Of a stretch of 64,000 bases of DNA, positions 43,941-57,910 are shown piece by piece (the stretch's first letter is position 1; the number at the start of each line of letters is the position of its first letter). The position numbers and the translations under genes were made by a program. The DNA comes from Eledone cirrhosa (taxonomy: Eukaryota). Location of the stretch: contig OZ024742.1 in assembly GCA_964016885.1 (NCBI GenBank), forward strand, positions 19,840,001 through 19,904,000, written 5' to 3'. The notes under the pieces are model-generated. The model had not been told where the DNA came from. It searched no databases and worked only from the letters and a program-made list of their open reading frames with translations.

Positions 43941-46769
43941 ATTTAGTGGTTCTCGATTTTGATTGATCTGTAAATTTATTTTTATAGAATAGTCACGGAA
44001 CGGATAGCTTTATGAATGTCAATCTTAGTCATTTCTCAGTTCCAATATCATCATAGTTCCTTAGTGATGTTAGTTGCAATAATCTAGTCCTTTCGTCTGG
44101 GACGACCTATAAAGATTATGCGAGGCAGTAAACATCATTTTAGAACCAATTATTAAAAAATAATGATAATAAAGATATTAGAAATGCCCATCTCACACAG
44201 GATTATAGTAATCCCGTGTCAGTCTTGATTGCTTTAGTTAGTTTAGAGTTAATTCCCTCATTAAGGGTCCATCTATAATTAGTATTTACTAGCGAAATGA
44301 CGCCTACACCTTGTCACAGAGGACACCCAGGTGTCTGCTCAGTGCGTGCTCCCTCTCTCACAGACTCCCTGAACAATGGAAACAATAAGATCGAGGGTTT
44401 TTTTTCTGTTAAGCCCTCGTTTATGTCTAGCTTCCTTGTTCCACCAGCCAGCTATTCAATGTTACTTGCCCTTTAAGAAGCTTCACGTTTTCAGAAATTA
44501 TAAAGGATCTCTTTTTTATTTTCTTGCATTGATTTGGATAAATTTCGTAGCCTTTTGCCAATGTAACAGATCAATACTATAGAAATAAGCTGCTGGTAAA
44601 TCAGTGACTCGGGTTCGGTTCCTGATGCTTCCTCTAGTTTATTTATTTTTATTCTTATAAGCATCGTTAAGAAAATAATTGTTTCTACTATTGGCACAAG
44701 GCCAGCAAATTACCCAGTACATTACTGGTACTTTATTTTATCGACCCCGTAAGGATGAAATACAAAGAGCATCAGACAATCACGATATTGCATACTTTAT
44801 AAATAAAAGTGGCATTTTGGGTCACGTATTGGGTACATCTTCGATGTTGGATCCAAACAATGAAACCACAAATGAGTAGGAGAGAGAGGGGGGGGGGTAG
44901 ACGTTGGGTTACAAAAAAACACAGTTGGTCCCTAGAAGGCGAATAAGACAGAATCTATCTGTTGGTATTAGATCTCTTGCACTCTCTATACTGTCGTTGC
45001 TCTGTGTTAGCTAATATATTCAGCCGACACAGTCTAGCGTTAGAAATCAATATTGATAGAGGAGGACTTATTCAACCGTATGGTGTGTTTGTGTGCGCGT
45101 GCACAGCTACATAACATTGAACCGGCGTGCCAGAGTTCAAACCGCCCCACCACCACCACCACCTTGTAACGGTTTTATTTCAGATACGCAGTTTAATATG
45201 ACCAGGAAGAGCAATGAACATCACATTTACCAAATATGTTTTAACTTCGTAATAATAATAACGGTTTCTAAATTTAGCAGAATTGGGAGAGTCGGATAAA
45301 ATTCCATTGCGGTATTTGTTCTGAGTTCGAATTGCGAGGTTGGCTTTGCAATTCTTCCGGGGTCGTTAAAATAAAGTACCAGTTATGTACAAGGGTTGAT
45401 TTAATCAACTTTGCTCTTCCCTCCAAAATTTGTTGGCTTTGTGCCCAAATTAGAAACCACTGTTGGCACAAGCCCAGTAGTTTTGGAGGGAAGAGCAAAG
45501 TCGATTAAATCGACTCCAGTACTTTTGCTATATTATTTTATTGACTTTGGAAGGTTGAATAACAAAGTTGACCTCGACGGGATTTGAACTCAGAATGTTA
45601 AGAGCCAGACTAAATATTGATATGCAATTTAATGGATTTTAAACTTGGTGGGGTGAGATTAATCGATTAAATTTATTTGACTGTTAGTTTATTTTATCGA
45701 CCCCGATCTCAGATTGATGAAAGGCAAAGTTGACTTCGGCAGGAAAAGTCAGAACGCAAAGGAAGAGTTTGAAAGAATTCGATTATCTAAAATTACTCGA
45801 ATTTTTCTTATCTTCTGCTGTTAACATAAATATGTCGGATTAAACATGACTTGAGTAGTTATTTCGATTTACTCTGCTCTGAGCTCAAATCTCGCTGACT
45901 GTGAACTTTTTGCCTTTCATCCTTTCGAGGCCAATATATAGAGAACTAATTCAGTATTGGGATCGATTTTTTTTTTTTCTTCAATCTGTCTTTTTCTGGA
46001 AGAACTCGACTGAGATCAGATCTGGAGATGGTTAGGCTCCGCCAGATGTATGTAAAATGATCAACATACGACGTGTCTCGTGATGGCGCCCTTTAAGACT
46101 CTGCCAGGTGTTAAAAAAGGCTTCACCTTTACCTAACCCTAACCTTCACCCTAACCTTAAATGATAGACAATGCGAGATATGTTTAACATCTCACCCAAC
46201 GGCTTGAATGTCTAACAAAGATGTTAATTCATAACTTGTGCACAATAGTAACATTTTTTAAATTATTTTTTTTTTCCATTTGTCATTTCTCGGTCACTAA
46301 TCGTTTCTCTGTCGTATTTATTCATCAATGCGTTGGCCGTTGGTATTGGCATCGAGTGAAAATCCAAAGACCCAGTCTTCGAAGACGTGACAGTTGCTAA
46401 AATTAGTTTGCCACCAACAAAAGTTGGCCAAACTCGTGTCTCTAGAAGTTGTCACTTTACACCTCCTCTCCCTCAACCCCCCCCCCCCCCCACCACACGC
46501 CACTGTCTGTTGGTCATACCATCACCTCCCTAGCTACCTCTATCGTCCTTTTCATATTACACAAAACACAAGCAGAAGAAACAAAACTCAATACCAAAAG
46601 TAGTGCTGGTTACATCGGTGACTCGAAGGCCCGAGGTTTTGTGTCTAAGGGTACTTCTTCAAAGTTTGGGTGTGTATGTATATAAGTATGTATATATGAT
46701 TGTGTATGTAAGTATGTTGTGTGTGTATGTATATGATGGTTGGAAGATCACTGATGAAGGACTAACTTT

Positions 46770-46880
<111 letters not shown>

Positions 46881-47806
46881 CATATATATCTGTGTACATA
46901 TATATATATATATATATGTGTGTGTATGTATATATATATATGGTATGACGGCGTTGATAGATATATAATGTATGTGCGTAAATATGTATATATATATTGT
47001 GTGTGTATATAAAGTTCTGTGAATAAATTAACTCATTTAACACCATTGTTATAGAGACTGTAACTTTATAAGTACAAGCTGTTACCGTTTGGACTCCCCC
47101 ACCCTCGCTTATTTCTGTGTGTATGGGTGTTTGTAAGTGTGTGTGTGTAAGTGTGCATTCAATAGATGCTTGTGTAATGTATATGTGTGTGTGTGTGTGC
47201 TGTAATTCCTATGTGTATATATATATGCAATAGGTTGTATGTGTGGGCACTACTCCCTCACCTCATCACAATTCCAAATTCCTTCAATACTATTTATATT
47301 TAAATCTTATCAATTACCGTCTGTGTGTATATGTATAAATGCGTGTGTGTGACTGCGTGTGTGGTCTATTTGCACAAGTATGTATTTCTGTTTGTGTGTG
47401 TCTGTCCGACTGTTTGCGCGTGCGGTTGTTTATGCGTGTGTGTGTGTGTGTGTGTGAGACTGTTTGTGTATTTATACCTCCTCCCCTCCCTTCTAACTGA
47501 TTATCGTTTCACCGTCAACAGATTGATCAATGAATTGTTTACAGTTTGTCCGAGTTATCAGTGGTGGTGGTGGTGATACAGAGGAATGTAGTGGTGGTAG
47601 TGTTGTTGATGTGGTGGTGGTGGTGGTGGTGGTGATGATGATGCCTAGGCTATTCCCTTTAGTTTCTCTGAGTGTCAGCTTGTTCCATATTTATATATGT
47701 TTAACACCAGATCTAGGTTAGTCTATATATGTAGTCATCATAGCCAGAATATATATATTATTATGAAATACTGTTAGCTTCTTGCTCACATTAACTTGTC
47801 TATTTC

Positions 47807-47843
<37 letters not shown>

Positions 47844-48622
47844 AAAATGTTTGACCCCGACGGCAGAGCTCAAGCCGTTTCGCGGCTATTTCTGGACGTT
47901 ATGGTCCCCTTGGTTCCTTACCACACTTCCTTCGTTATATATATATGTACTCTGGTGAAATCATACTTAACTATTACTGCCAGCACTAACTACAAACTAC
48001 ATCACATGCACTACATATTACATCACATGACACTATTCTATACTATACTATATACATAGATGTAGTGAGGAAGTCAAACAACGAACAGAAAACATCACAT
48101 ACTACACTACGTCACATCCTATACTATCACACTGTGCCACACGACAACACCAACACTACACTACACTACACTTGTAAATATCTTATTTTGACTTTAAAAT
48201 GTTTTATAGCCCATGACCCCTCTTCTTAATTTTTATTCCTTGTCCTCACGATGGGGTCAGACCTAAAGTCAGAACTTGTTAAATGTGAGTCCTTAAAAAA
48301 TACACCAAGAAACCGTGTGTGACATAAGGAGTTACAGGTCCATACATACATCTGTGTCTAGTCCTTAGAAGGGAACTCACAGCTATATCTTTCATCCCAA
48401 ATGTCCTATTTATTTGTAAAGCTGTTATTTCTATATCTGGGTCTGTTTTCCTTAGAGTTGTACCCGGAGCTATGTATTTGGACCCTAACTAATGCTATAG
48501 TGTAAAAGTGTTATTGTATATCTGTTTTGTTTTTCTAATTATTTAAAAAATCTAAAATAAACTCTTCTCCAATATCTCAATTATTTTTCTTTTTTTTTCT
48601 TTTCACAGATTCTACATTAAGA

Positions 48623-50357
48623 ATGGGGGAAATGCAATTTTCTGTTTCCAATATTCATTATGAACCTTTGAAGTGGACAGGTCCAAACCATAACTCCCAT
48701 CATCTAACAATGCATCCCTCTTATCTGAACTGGGAGTCTTACCCAGCAGCAACGCAGGAAAGGGCCACTTCTTACGAGAAACGTTACAACACATTGGAGA
48801 GTGTGCTCCTAGGTCAAGTTCCTGCCAGTTATTCCCATTTAACTACCTCACCTCAACTATCATCATCACCATCAAATTCTTCATCATGTTCAACGTCACC
48901 CTCCCCCACAGCCTTTTCTGATCGCTCTTTCTCCGCCAGTCCTTGTTACACAACTGGTCAATCATTTTATCACAAATCCGATGTCTCTCGCTCTTCGGCA
49001 TCAAGTCCATCAGGATCAGGATATCAATCGGAACCAATGGATTTATCTTGTAAAGGTTTTTCTTCATCAGCATCTTCGATATGCTCAACAGGAAGTAGGA
49101 AGTCTATCTGTAGCGACAGTTCTGGCTATGGAGATGACCATCAAATGGAAGATGTCTCGTTTCCATTAACATATCAATATACCACACATGAGGATGTTAG
49201 AACAACTGAGCCTTCACTTCTTTCCTCTGGCGGAACAACGTATATGTCAGTAGATCAGAAGGCCATACATCTGACTAATTCTTCATTAAGCCAGGCACTT
49301 AGAAGCAGACATTCTCCTATCCAATTTCTCAATGAGACTTCAACTCAACAGCGACAATCTCCCATTGAAAACCATTTATCAGTGCAAGCATTACATCAAC
49401 ATAAACTGTTAGATATACCACAGCATAGTTCACAACAACAACATCAACAACAGTCTTCAAATCACCAAAGCAGCCATGAAATGTCACTGGATATTCAACA
49501 GCATGACCTTAACATGCAAGGTCAGTGTTCTTCACATGAGAAAGAGTCATGCGATAACTCTCCCACCAGACATTCTGTCTCTCCATCATTAATTCTACAC
49601 CATCGCAACATGTCATTGTCTGCCCACCACCATGAGGAGCGTCAGTCTCCATGGCAACAACACACTTCACAACCTCACCTCCCCCAGCAGTCTTTACAAA
49701 ACAGTGATTCTTATCAATGTAACATTGATAACCGTCCATCTCCTCCACTTCAGAACCAATCTTCAGGACAATCTAAAAATGGACATTCACTCTTGCGAGA
49801 TCTTCTCAGTTGTGGTCGAAACGATTCCAAAAAAACCAAAATGTCATTATCGTCTGCATCAGACTTTTCTTCCATTTCTTCATCTAATTCCTCTTTCTCC
49901 TCTTCCTCTAACGATGATGACTCTTTATTACAAGAAAAAGAAACTAAAATAGAATATGATGGTTCAAAAGACTATTCTTTGTCCAGCACTGCTCGTGTGA
50001 CCCTTGCCAAAAAAAACCTTCTGCCAATCAGTGCACGGGTCACTGAATGGCTATACAAGATGGTCAAGTTTGCTAAAGAAATTCCTCAGTTTATGAAACT
50101 TCCCAACAACGACCGTCTCACACTTATTCTCAACTCATGGACACGCATGCTTCTTATGCACATGGCCGAGAATAACTTCCAGTTTGCCGTAACTCCCCTT
50201 CCATCATCTCCAGCACGTGACCATGAGGTACCAGCTTCAGATGAACCAACTATGAAATCTGTTGAAAGTATACAAAGCATTATACGAAAATGTCAAAGTA
50301 TGAACTTGGATAGTTCTGAATACAAGTACTTAAGAATGTTGGTGCTTTTCAATGCTG
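48623..50357 (+). CDS. Nuclear receptor lacking a DNA-binding domain (NR0B/DAX-1/SHP-like), large coding exon: Ser/Gln/His-rich N-terminus plus LBD helices ~3-8
   Basis: 579-codon non-repetitive ORF. Its C-terminal part (WLYKMVKFAKEIPQFMKLPNNDRLTLILNSWTRMLLMHMAE...SIIRKCQSMNLDSSEYKYLRMLVLFNAG) carries the NR LBD signature FAK-IP-F--L---D---L and EY-YL---VLFN. Polypyrimidine tract plus CAG acceptor ends at 48608; donor G|GTTAGT at 50357/50358. No C4 zinc fingers in the ORF. Confidence 0.9.
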
Positions 50358-50440
50358 GTTAGTATTGCTTCTGTACTTTTAAATTTAAATATATGCATGA
50401 TACTTACTGATGCATCTCTCTCTGTTCTGTACAAAAGAAA

Positions 50441-50483
<43 letters not shown>

Positions 50484-50631
50484 ATGTGTGTATATATATA
50501 TATATACACACACGTGTGTGTGTGTATATATATATACACGTGTGTGTGTGTATATATATATACACGTGTGTGTGTGTATATATATATATATACACAAGTG
50601 TGTGTGTGTATATATATATATATATACACAA

Positions 50632-50662
<31 letters not shown>

Positions 50663-52076
50663 CACACAAGTGTGTGTGTGTATATATATATACACAAGTG
50701 TGTGTGTGTGTATATATGTGTGATTTTGGACAGCAATTATAAATATCTTGAATATCTGTCGTCGATTGTAAATATTTTATAAGAATGCCAACTCTAGTAT
50801 ATTTAACACTGCTACACAGTCCCACACACACACATATACACACTCCCACACACACATACACACTCCCACACACATTGGTCTGATGCTCTAACAGTAATAT
50901 AGCATTATATAGACATAATTTGAGTTTAAATCCCACCAAGGTTACCATTGCCTTTCATCCTTACGGGGTAGATAAAATAAAGTACCAGTAATACATTGGG
51001 ATAATTGCTGGCCTTGTGCCAAAAGTAGAAACAATTATATATACATAATACCTTCATCTGAATATATATTTATTCCACATGAAAGATTACATGTGTGTTG
51101 GTTCTAGGGCTTTAAATTCCTATAAAGGATATTGGTCACCCTAGTGAACATCTATATACTAGTAGTGTTAGTATACTAGCGAACATAGATAAAATGTTCT
51201 TAATGATATATGACACTAGTAAGAATAGTAACACCTTAGTAGAGACCAAGGTCAGCAATGCCGTTATCATTCTGGAGTCAATAAAATGCTTTTTAGTTAT
51301 CATGTATTGGGATTGATACTATCAGCTCTCTAATGAGGAAATTTATGGTTGGTGCCCCAGCATGGCCTCAGCCTCTTGGCTGGAACGCATTAAAGAGAGT
51401 AATAGTTATTAATATTATTATTATTCTAAAGATGTTGAGCATCGGACAACATACTTCATGGCATATAGTTACGGCTCTTTATATTCTGAGTTCAAATCCC
51501 GCAGAAGTCAACTTTCGTCCTTACAGAATCAATAAAATAAAGTACCAGTAATGCACTGGGGTTGATTTAATTGACTTTCCCTTCCTCTAAATTATTGGCC
51601 TGGTGCCTCAATCAGAAACCATTATTTAAGGTGTTTGAGTGTAGGACAACATGCTTTGAAATATTTAGTTATGGTTCTACACGTTCTCAGTTTGAACCCC
51701 CCTGCTGGGGTAGATAAAATGAAGTACCAGTCAAATACTGAGGTCAATATAATTGACTTCCTCTTTCCTCTAAGTTTCTGTCCTTTTAACAATATTAGAA
51801 AGATTATTATTATTGTGGATTGGCAATCGGACAACTTGCTTTGCAGTATATATTAGTATATCCCTTTATGTTTTGAGTTCAAATCCTGCCGAGGTTAGCT
51901 TTGTCTTTGTCCTTATGTGGTCAATAAGTTGAAGTAGCAGTAATATACTTGGGTCGATTTAATTGACTTTTCCCCTCCCCTCAAAATTGTTGGCCTTGTA
52001 CATAAATCAGAAACTATTAATATTATTATTATTAATACTGATGATGATTCTATTTATTTTATTTCCTGTCTTCTAG
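50358..52076 (+). other. Phase-1 GT-AG intron of the nuclear receptor gene
   Basis: GTTAGT donor, TTCTAG acceptor, frame restored across the junction. Filled with (TA)/(TG) repeats and SINE copies. Confidence 0.85.
51440..52020 (+). mobile_element. Three tandem SINE family A copies in the nuclear receptor intron
   Basis: Repeated gagttcaaatcc...aataaaataaagtaccagt...ggcc(t)tg...aatcagaaac blocks. Confidence 0.7.
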
Positions 52077-52318
52077 GTTATGTTGGCTTAGAGATGGCTT
52101 CCATTGTCGACAGCATGAACAGTTTTATTCAACAGAGGCTGCAACAACACATAAACAGCAAACACCCACTGGACCACATCAGATTTTCTCGGGTACTCAT
52201 GAGTCTCCCTTCTTTATATGGAATCAACTGCAAAATGGTAGACAACTTGTTCTGCCGTTATATTCATGGCAAAACAGATGTGGAAGTTTTACTGAAGGAT
52301 CTTCTGCAAGATTTGTGA
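52077..52318 (+). CDS. Terminal coding exon of the same nuclear receptor (LBD helices 9-12/AF-2)
   Basis: Acceptor ttatttcctgtcttctag ends at 52076. A phase-1 join with 50357 gives FNAG-YVGLEMASIVDSMNSFIQQRLQQHINSKHPLDHIRFSRVLMSLPSLYGINCKMVDNLFCRYIHGKTDVEVLLKDLLQDL*, with RF--VL--LP-L and LF---I-G------LL--LL motifs. Spliced CDS is 1977 nt, divisible by 3. Confidence 0.9.
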
Positions 52319-53125
52319 ATGAACTAAAGCATGTCCACATGCTGCCTCCAAGTGGGATTGAACTCATTAACAACCATGCAAATAAGTAAAGAAGCCAACA
52401 CAACTGAAACTGACTCTCTTAAAACAAAAGACATTATGAATGCTATTGGAAGTATACTGCTGATATTTTATTTCTGTCAGTGCCATTTATCTGGGCTGAT
52501 TGTTGGCAAAGAAAACAGAGAAGTGCTGGAAGAAACCAAAATGCATTCACATTTGTTGAGAAAGCAAAAATTCCAATTGATGTATTTGCTGATACTAAAA
52601 ACTTAACATTGCTTTTGGTTAAAATTGGCAGGAAAATTAAATTCCCTCTGTTACTGCAATGGTTGACATTCGGAGAAATATGTGCAGAGCAAGTTGGTGC
52701 AATGTTAGGGGAGAGATGAGGTATGAAAGCACCAACATGCATGCAAAGTATCCCGAGTGTGTGCATGTGAGCTGGTAGAGCGCCGAGATACAGATTGTGC
52801 AGGTATTAGACAGTAAAATGTCTACATAGGAACTAATTTATAAAAAATTAAAGACTGTGGTAAAAATAAAAGACGTGTAAAGTGTATGTAATGAAGTGAG
52901 TTTTTCAGTGAAATGGCATTGGCAAATAGAACCAACTGTGGTAACAGACGGGCTGGAAGCAAATCATTGCAATTTAAGAATTACAGACTATAAAGAGTTC
53001 TTTGTTAATGTATTTCAATGTGTTGCCATACGTGTACTATAAACGGCAATTGGTATGTGTGTCTGTTTCCATACATATATATAAGTATATACATGCATAC
53101 ATATTTAAATGTATGTGTGACTGTT

Positions 53126-53164
<39 letters not shown>

Positions 53165-53550
53165 ACACACACATACATATTTAAATGTATGTGTGACTGT
53201 TTATATATATATATATGTATACACACACATACATATTTAAATGTATGTATGTATGTATGTATATATACATGTATTTGTATATGTGTGTATATGAATGTGT
53301 ATGGGTAATTATGAATGACCAACAGAAACCAAAAGTTGAAATGGAACAATAAAACCAGAATGAATGTTAAAGTGCTTAAAAGGCCTGATTTTTATTTTGG
53401 AAGGGTCCAACAAACAATAACACACACACTGTATATATGCATGTGTCACACACAAACACACAGTGTAATTATGCTGTTGAAGGGAAACATTTGGGGAATG
53501 GTTAACATAACTTTTAATAATGCTATTTATTTTTTTTTCTATTTATAGTG

Positions 53551-53591
<41 letters not shown>

Positions 53592-55035
53592 TATTAATAT
53601 AAAATATGCAAAAATGTTAGTTATAAATATTTTTATTTTTTTTTATTTTTTTATTTTTTATTTTTATTTTTTTTTAAATTTTTTTTTAAAATTAAATATA
53701 TTGTCAAACTGTATATGTTTCTTTATAAGTCGCATATACAAGTGACAACCCCTCCCCAGGATTTTCCATATCTTAACATCTAAGAAACCAGTCCTACCTT
53801 TTGATGTGGGTGCAACAATATCCTCTATTTTGGAGTTGTGACCCCATCCTCATCTTCTCCTAACCCATATAATAAGGAAACCCACACAAACAAGTCTCAT
53901 ACACATTACATGGTATATACATACATACATACATATATGTAGTGAAATGTCCATGGGAAGGAAAAAGGTAAAACAAGCACTCTATTTAGTGCAAGATATC
54001 TTATGATTCCTAGTTTGCAGTTGCTGCCTTGAAACCTAAGGTAGCAAGCTACATGTTATGTGTATGAATCATAATAATATGTATACATGGTATACACACA
54101 TACATACATGGTATACACACATACATACATACACTTGATACTTTGTAAAGAAGTTCTAAGAAATTGAAATTTACTGACCAGAAACCAGAATGCCTTACCA
54201 TATTTGGTTTTCAGGGATCTAAAAATGTCTTTCTTGTTTTTTAAGAAAGCAGATTCTCCAGTCTTGTTGGTGGCTGGGTTGCTACCAACAGCTGGTTGTA
54301 TGTTTGTACAAACTATTTGCCTGTGTGGACAGGGCATATTGTGATAAAACTGTAGTGGCTCTTAGAGTGGACCAGCTGCTGACCAAGGGTGGCAAAACTA
54401 CTAAGATGACCATATTATATTCAACAAAGGGCAGGAAGATATGTTGAACTCTTAACATGAATGTCTTAATTATTAATTAACTATTTCCTTCATTAGGGTT
54501 ATTTATCAACCGTATTTTGTCTTATAATAAAGATACAAAACATTTCACTTAAGTCACACACTATTGCCCCCTTAGAAAGGGCATCATTGTCATAAACTCC
54601 TGTATCCCTCCCCTTATAAGTTTGAGGCACCATGCCCTATATAAGAAATTATTTTATAATTATCCAGGAAGGGACCTAAGTTGTACATGTTTTGTTTGAA
54701 TTATTTAAGTGAAATGTTTCAAGGGTGAAACATTTAAGTGGGCCACTTATTAAACATCTCATAGTTTTGTGGGATGTGAAGACAGATCTATTTACATAGG
54801 TTGGATACCTGCATGACTACATAGAGCAATACATGGTGCCACATGTGTAGGGAACATGTATCCCAGTTTAGCCACCTCAATTCATGGCTCTTGAAAGAAC
54901 CAAACATTTTCCAGACTGTAAATGGAACTACTGTATTCTTATGAATGCTCATAAGTTTGATATATATATATATATAATATAATATAATATAATATAATAT
55001 AATATAATATAATATAATATATATATATATGATGA

Positions 55036-55090
55036 AATAAATATTTAAAAATTTTAATTGTAATTTGTGCTTTTGTCTTATCTTTTCCTT
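55036..55090 (+). terminator. Candidate polyadenylation signal of the nuclear receptor gene
   Basis: AATAAA at 55036-55041 followed by a GT/T-rich tract (ttgtaatttgtgcttttgtcttatcttttcc), at the end of ~2.7 kb of mostly unique sequence after the stop codon. Earlier AATAAA sites also exist. Confidence 0.35.
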
Positions 55091-55277
55091 TACTGTATAT
55101 ACTCAAATATAAGCCAATCCGAATATAACCTCCTCAAATATTTCATGTCTGAGAAATAGACGAAAATCCAAACCCTGTCTATAAACCAAGGCAATTAATC
55201 AACATATTGTTTAGATGGCGTATATAAGCCAATCTTCGACTTTACCATTGATTTATTATATATATATATATATATAT

Positions 55278-55313
<36 letters not shown>

Positions 55314-55859
55314 TCACATATTCCCCGGTTTATATTTGAATATATACGGTATGTCCAGAATTTTTTCATATGCTTTGATTTAAAATTTTGTTTTTGATGA
55401 TGTGGAAAATATAATCTGTTGGATTAGTGATGTTTAATTTAAATGAATGACAAGATATCCGCAAATGTGAGACCCGCAAGGTAGAGTGGTTGTTCCTGTG
55501 CTTCTTCCTCACCATTCTCTGGGACAATGTATTCTCCATCCTGTCTGCCAAGACCATGAGGCAGACTGACCCTTAAATTTCATTTATGATGGTGGCATGT
55601 AGATTAAATTCACCAAAGCTTCAGCAACACAATTTCACCTTGACAAGTATAGTTATTAATTCTAATGATATTATCTTGTACTTGGACAAAAATTAGAAAC
55701 ATTTGGTCATAGCAAATAATCTCCTCGCCCATCAAACTGCAGCTCTTCAACAGCATTATAATCACAATTATCATATATGCTAGTAAAACCTGGAAAATGA
55801 CTGCCAACATTCTGAAGAAGCTCAACGTTTTCCAACAAAGATACCTAAGAAAAATCCTG

Positions 55860-57910
55860 AAAATCACTTATTGAGACTGGATTACTAATGTAAAGGTGTT
55901 GAAGAGAAGTAAACAGAGGCTACTGACTGCCCACATTCTGTGCATGTCTGAATACCAAAACTCCTCTGTGGAAATGAGATGGATTCCGGTCAGTGGTAAG
56001 TGGAAAAAAAGGGAGACTCAAGAAAACCTGGTACTCAATTTTCAACGAAGATCTCCAGAGGACTGGACTGGGGGAAACTACGCAAGATACTGCAACTGAT
56101 CCTGTAAATTGGAGAAGATTCATTGCCAAAAATTCCCCAGGGCAAAGGAGGACCTGAAAATATTGTAGGGGGAGATATGTATTTGAGATGATAGGGATAC
56201 AGTTGGTGTTACTGACGTCTTTATTGGGGAAATATTTGGTATGGTTGGGGCACAATTTCTGTGACTGATGCTGAAAGAAGCAAGTATTATGAGGAGAGAG
56301 AAGTTTGAAAGAGGAGAATGCTTTGGAGAAGAAAAAAAGACCCCACCTCAAGTAGAACCAACAGAGGGACTAGCCATCTAGGGAAGACAGCTGGAGTAAG
56401 TTGCTGTTAATAACATTCATCAATTTGGAGAAAGCCTTTAACCGGTTTCTCCATACTGTGATCTAGTGGTGGTAGATGAGTGGCTGTAAGTCATTGAGAG
56501 AAAAGTAGTGAACAAGGTGAGAGTACAGCGATGTAGGAGGCTACTATATCTCAGTTTTCAGTCCTCTTCTATGTTCATTATATCCTCCAGAAGGCAGTGG
56601 GTGGTAGGCGTTAGTGTTGGACAAATGCTTAACAGTATTTGTTCCAGTTCTTTATGTTCTGAGTTCAAATTCCGCCTTGGTTATCTTTGCCTTTTCTCTT
56701 TCCGTGGTCTATAAAATAAAGTACCCGTCAAATATTAGTCGACTTTCCCTTTCTCTCAAATCACTGACCTTGTGCCAAAATTAAAGACGATTGTAATCTA
56801 TCGTAGATGAGTTCAAGACCGTCTATTCGTGAGAACTCCTATATGATGATGTCTTAGTTGTCGAAGCTGTTTCTGTGGTAGATTTAAAGAATAAATTCCA
56901 GACAAGGAAATAAAACTTAGAATCGCAAAGACATATCAACGGCTAAAGTTTTAGTAAGAAGAGTAACGTTACTCGATAGATTGCGTAGCTCGAAGATCAG
57001 TGAATCATTTCAGGTAGAGCCGCTACTTCTCCGAATTGAGAGATCACAGCTCTGATACTACGAACGGAAAGAGTCACTGGACAGATTTTAGGAGCAAAAT
57101 CAACCAGCAGGAGATCCTGAGAAAGATGGTTGGATAACATCCATTAGCTTGGTTGGTCTCGCTTTAGGATCGAGTCGGATCAGTTGGCGAGAGTTACTGA
57201 CAGGACACGCTGAAATGAGTGCTTGAGTATTCTTCCCCCATGACCTCAGGAATATGTGGGAAAAGAAGACACAATTCTACTAACATAAAGGATATGACCG
57301 TGCTCAATATGGAGAAAGAGAACGTGGGAATTCCATATGGAGACAAATTGTGTAGTGAGATCCCAGACAGGCTAATGGAGGAGATGAATAGCAGTAGAAA
57401 TTATCAAGAGTACAGATTAAATAGATTCTTTCAATGCCTACTAGAAGTAGTTGATAGCTTCTGTTATATATGTGGCCTAGTTGGCAGTGAAAGTGTTCCG
57501 CAAGCATAGTAACCAGAGTGAGAACAGAATGGAAAAATTCAGAGAGCTATTACCTCTGATAACAACAAAGTGTTTCTCTTTCAGAGAGAAGAGCAGATTG
57601 AATTAAGCATGTGTACGGACTGCAATGCTGCATAGGCCTTGAATGCAGAGGACTGGCAAAAACTAGACAGAAATGAGACATGCTTTGCTGGGTGTGTAAC
57701 GTTAGTATACATACATGGACGATGGAGCAAAATTGAGCAGAGAGAAAAACTGGATATAATAGAAGTGAGATCTAGTGTGTAAGAGAGAAGACTATGTGGA
57801 CCCAGGCTTATGATGGAAAATGTGAGTTGTATAAAGAAGTGAAGAACACTCATAATAGATGGAAGGGTATGACAAAGGACCGTAGTGATTAACGGTACGA
57901 GATGCTGGAA
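55860..57910 (+). mobile_element. Cluster of decayed RTE-like LINE fragments with an inserted SINE
   Basis: Degenerate RT-region text (YDDVLVV near 56840), a copy of the RSQL..RWLDNIH segment at 57040-57200, and C-terminal-like remnants at 55900-56160 and 57600-57900; many stops and frameshifts. Confidence 0.45.

Noticed and set aside
46125-46160. Telomere-like cctaaccctaacc
   Set aside because: Only two or three degenerate units; typical of internal motifs in small transposons, not an interstitial telomere.
48205-48272. Nuclear receptor response elements (TGACCC, GGGTCA, AAGTCA half-sites) before the large exon
   Set aside because: Spacing does not form a clean DR/IR element and such hexamers are expected by chance.
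52331-52766. Short ORFs after the receptor stop codon
   Set aside because: No recognisable motifs; best explained as 3' UTR.
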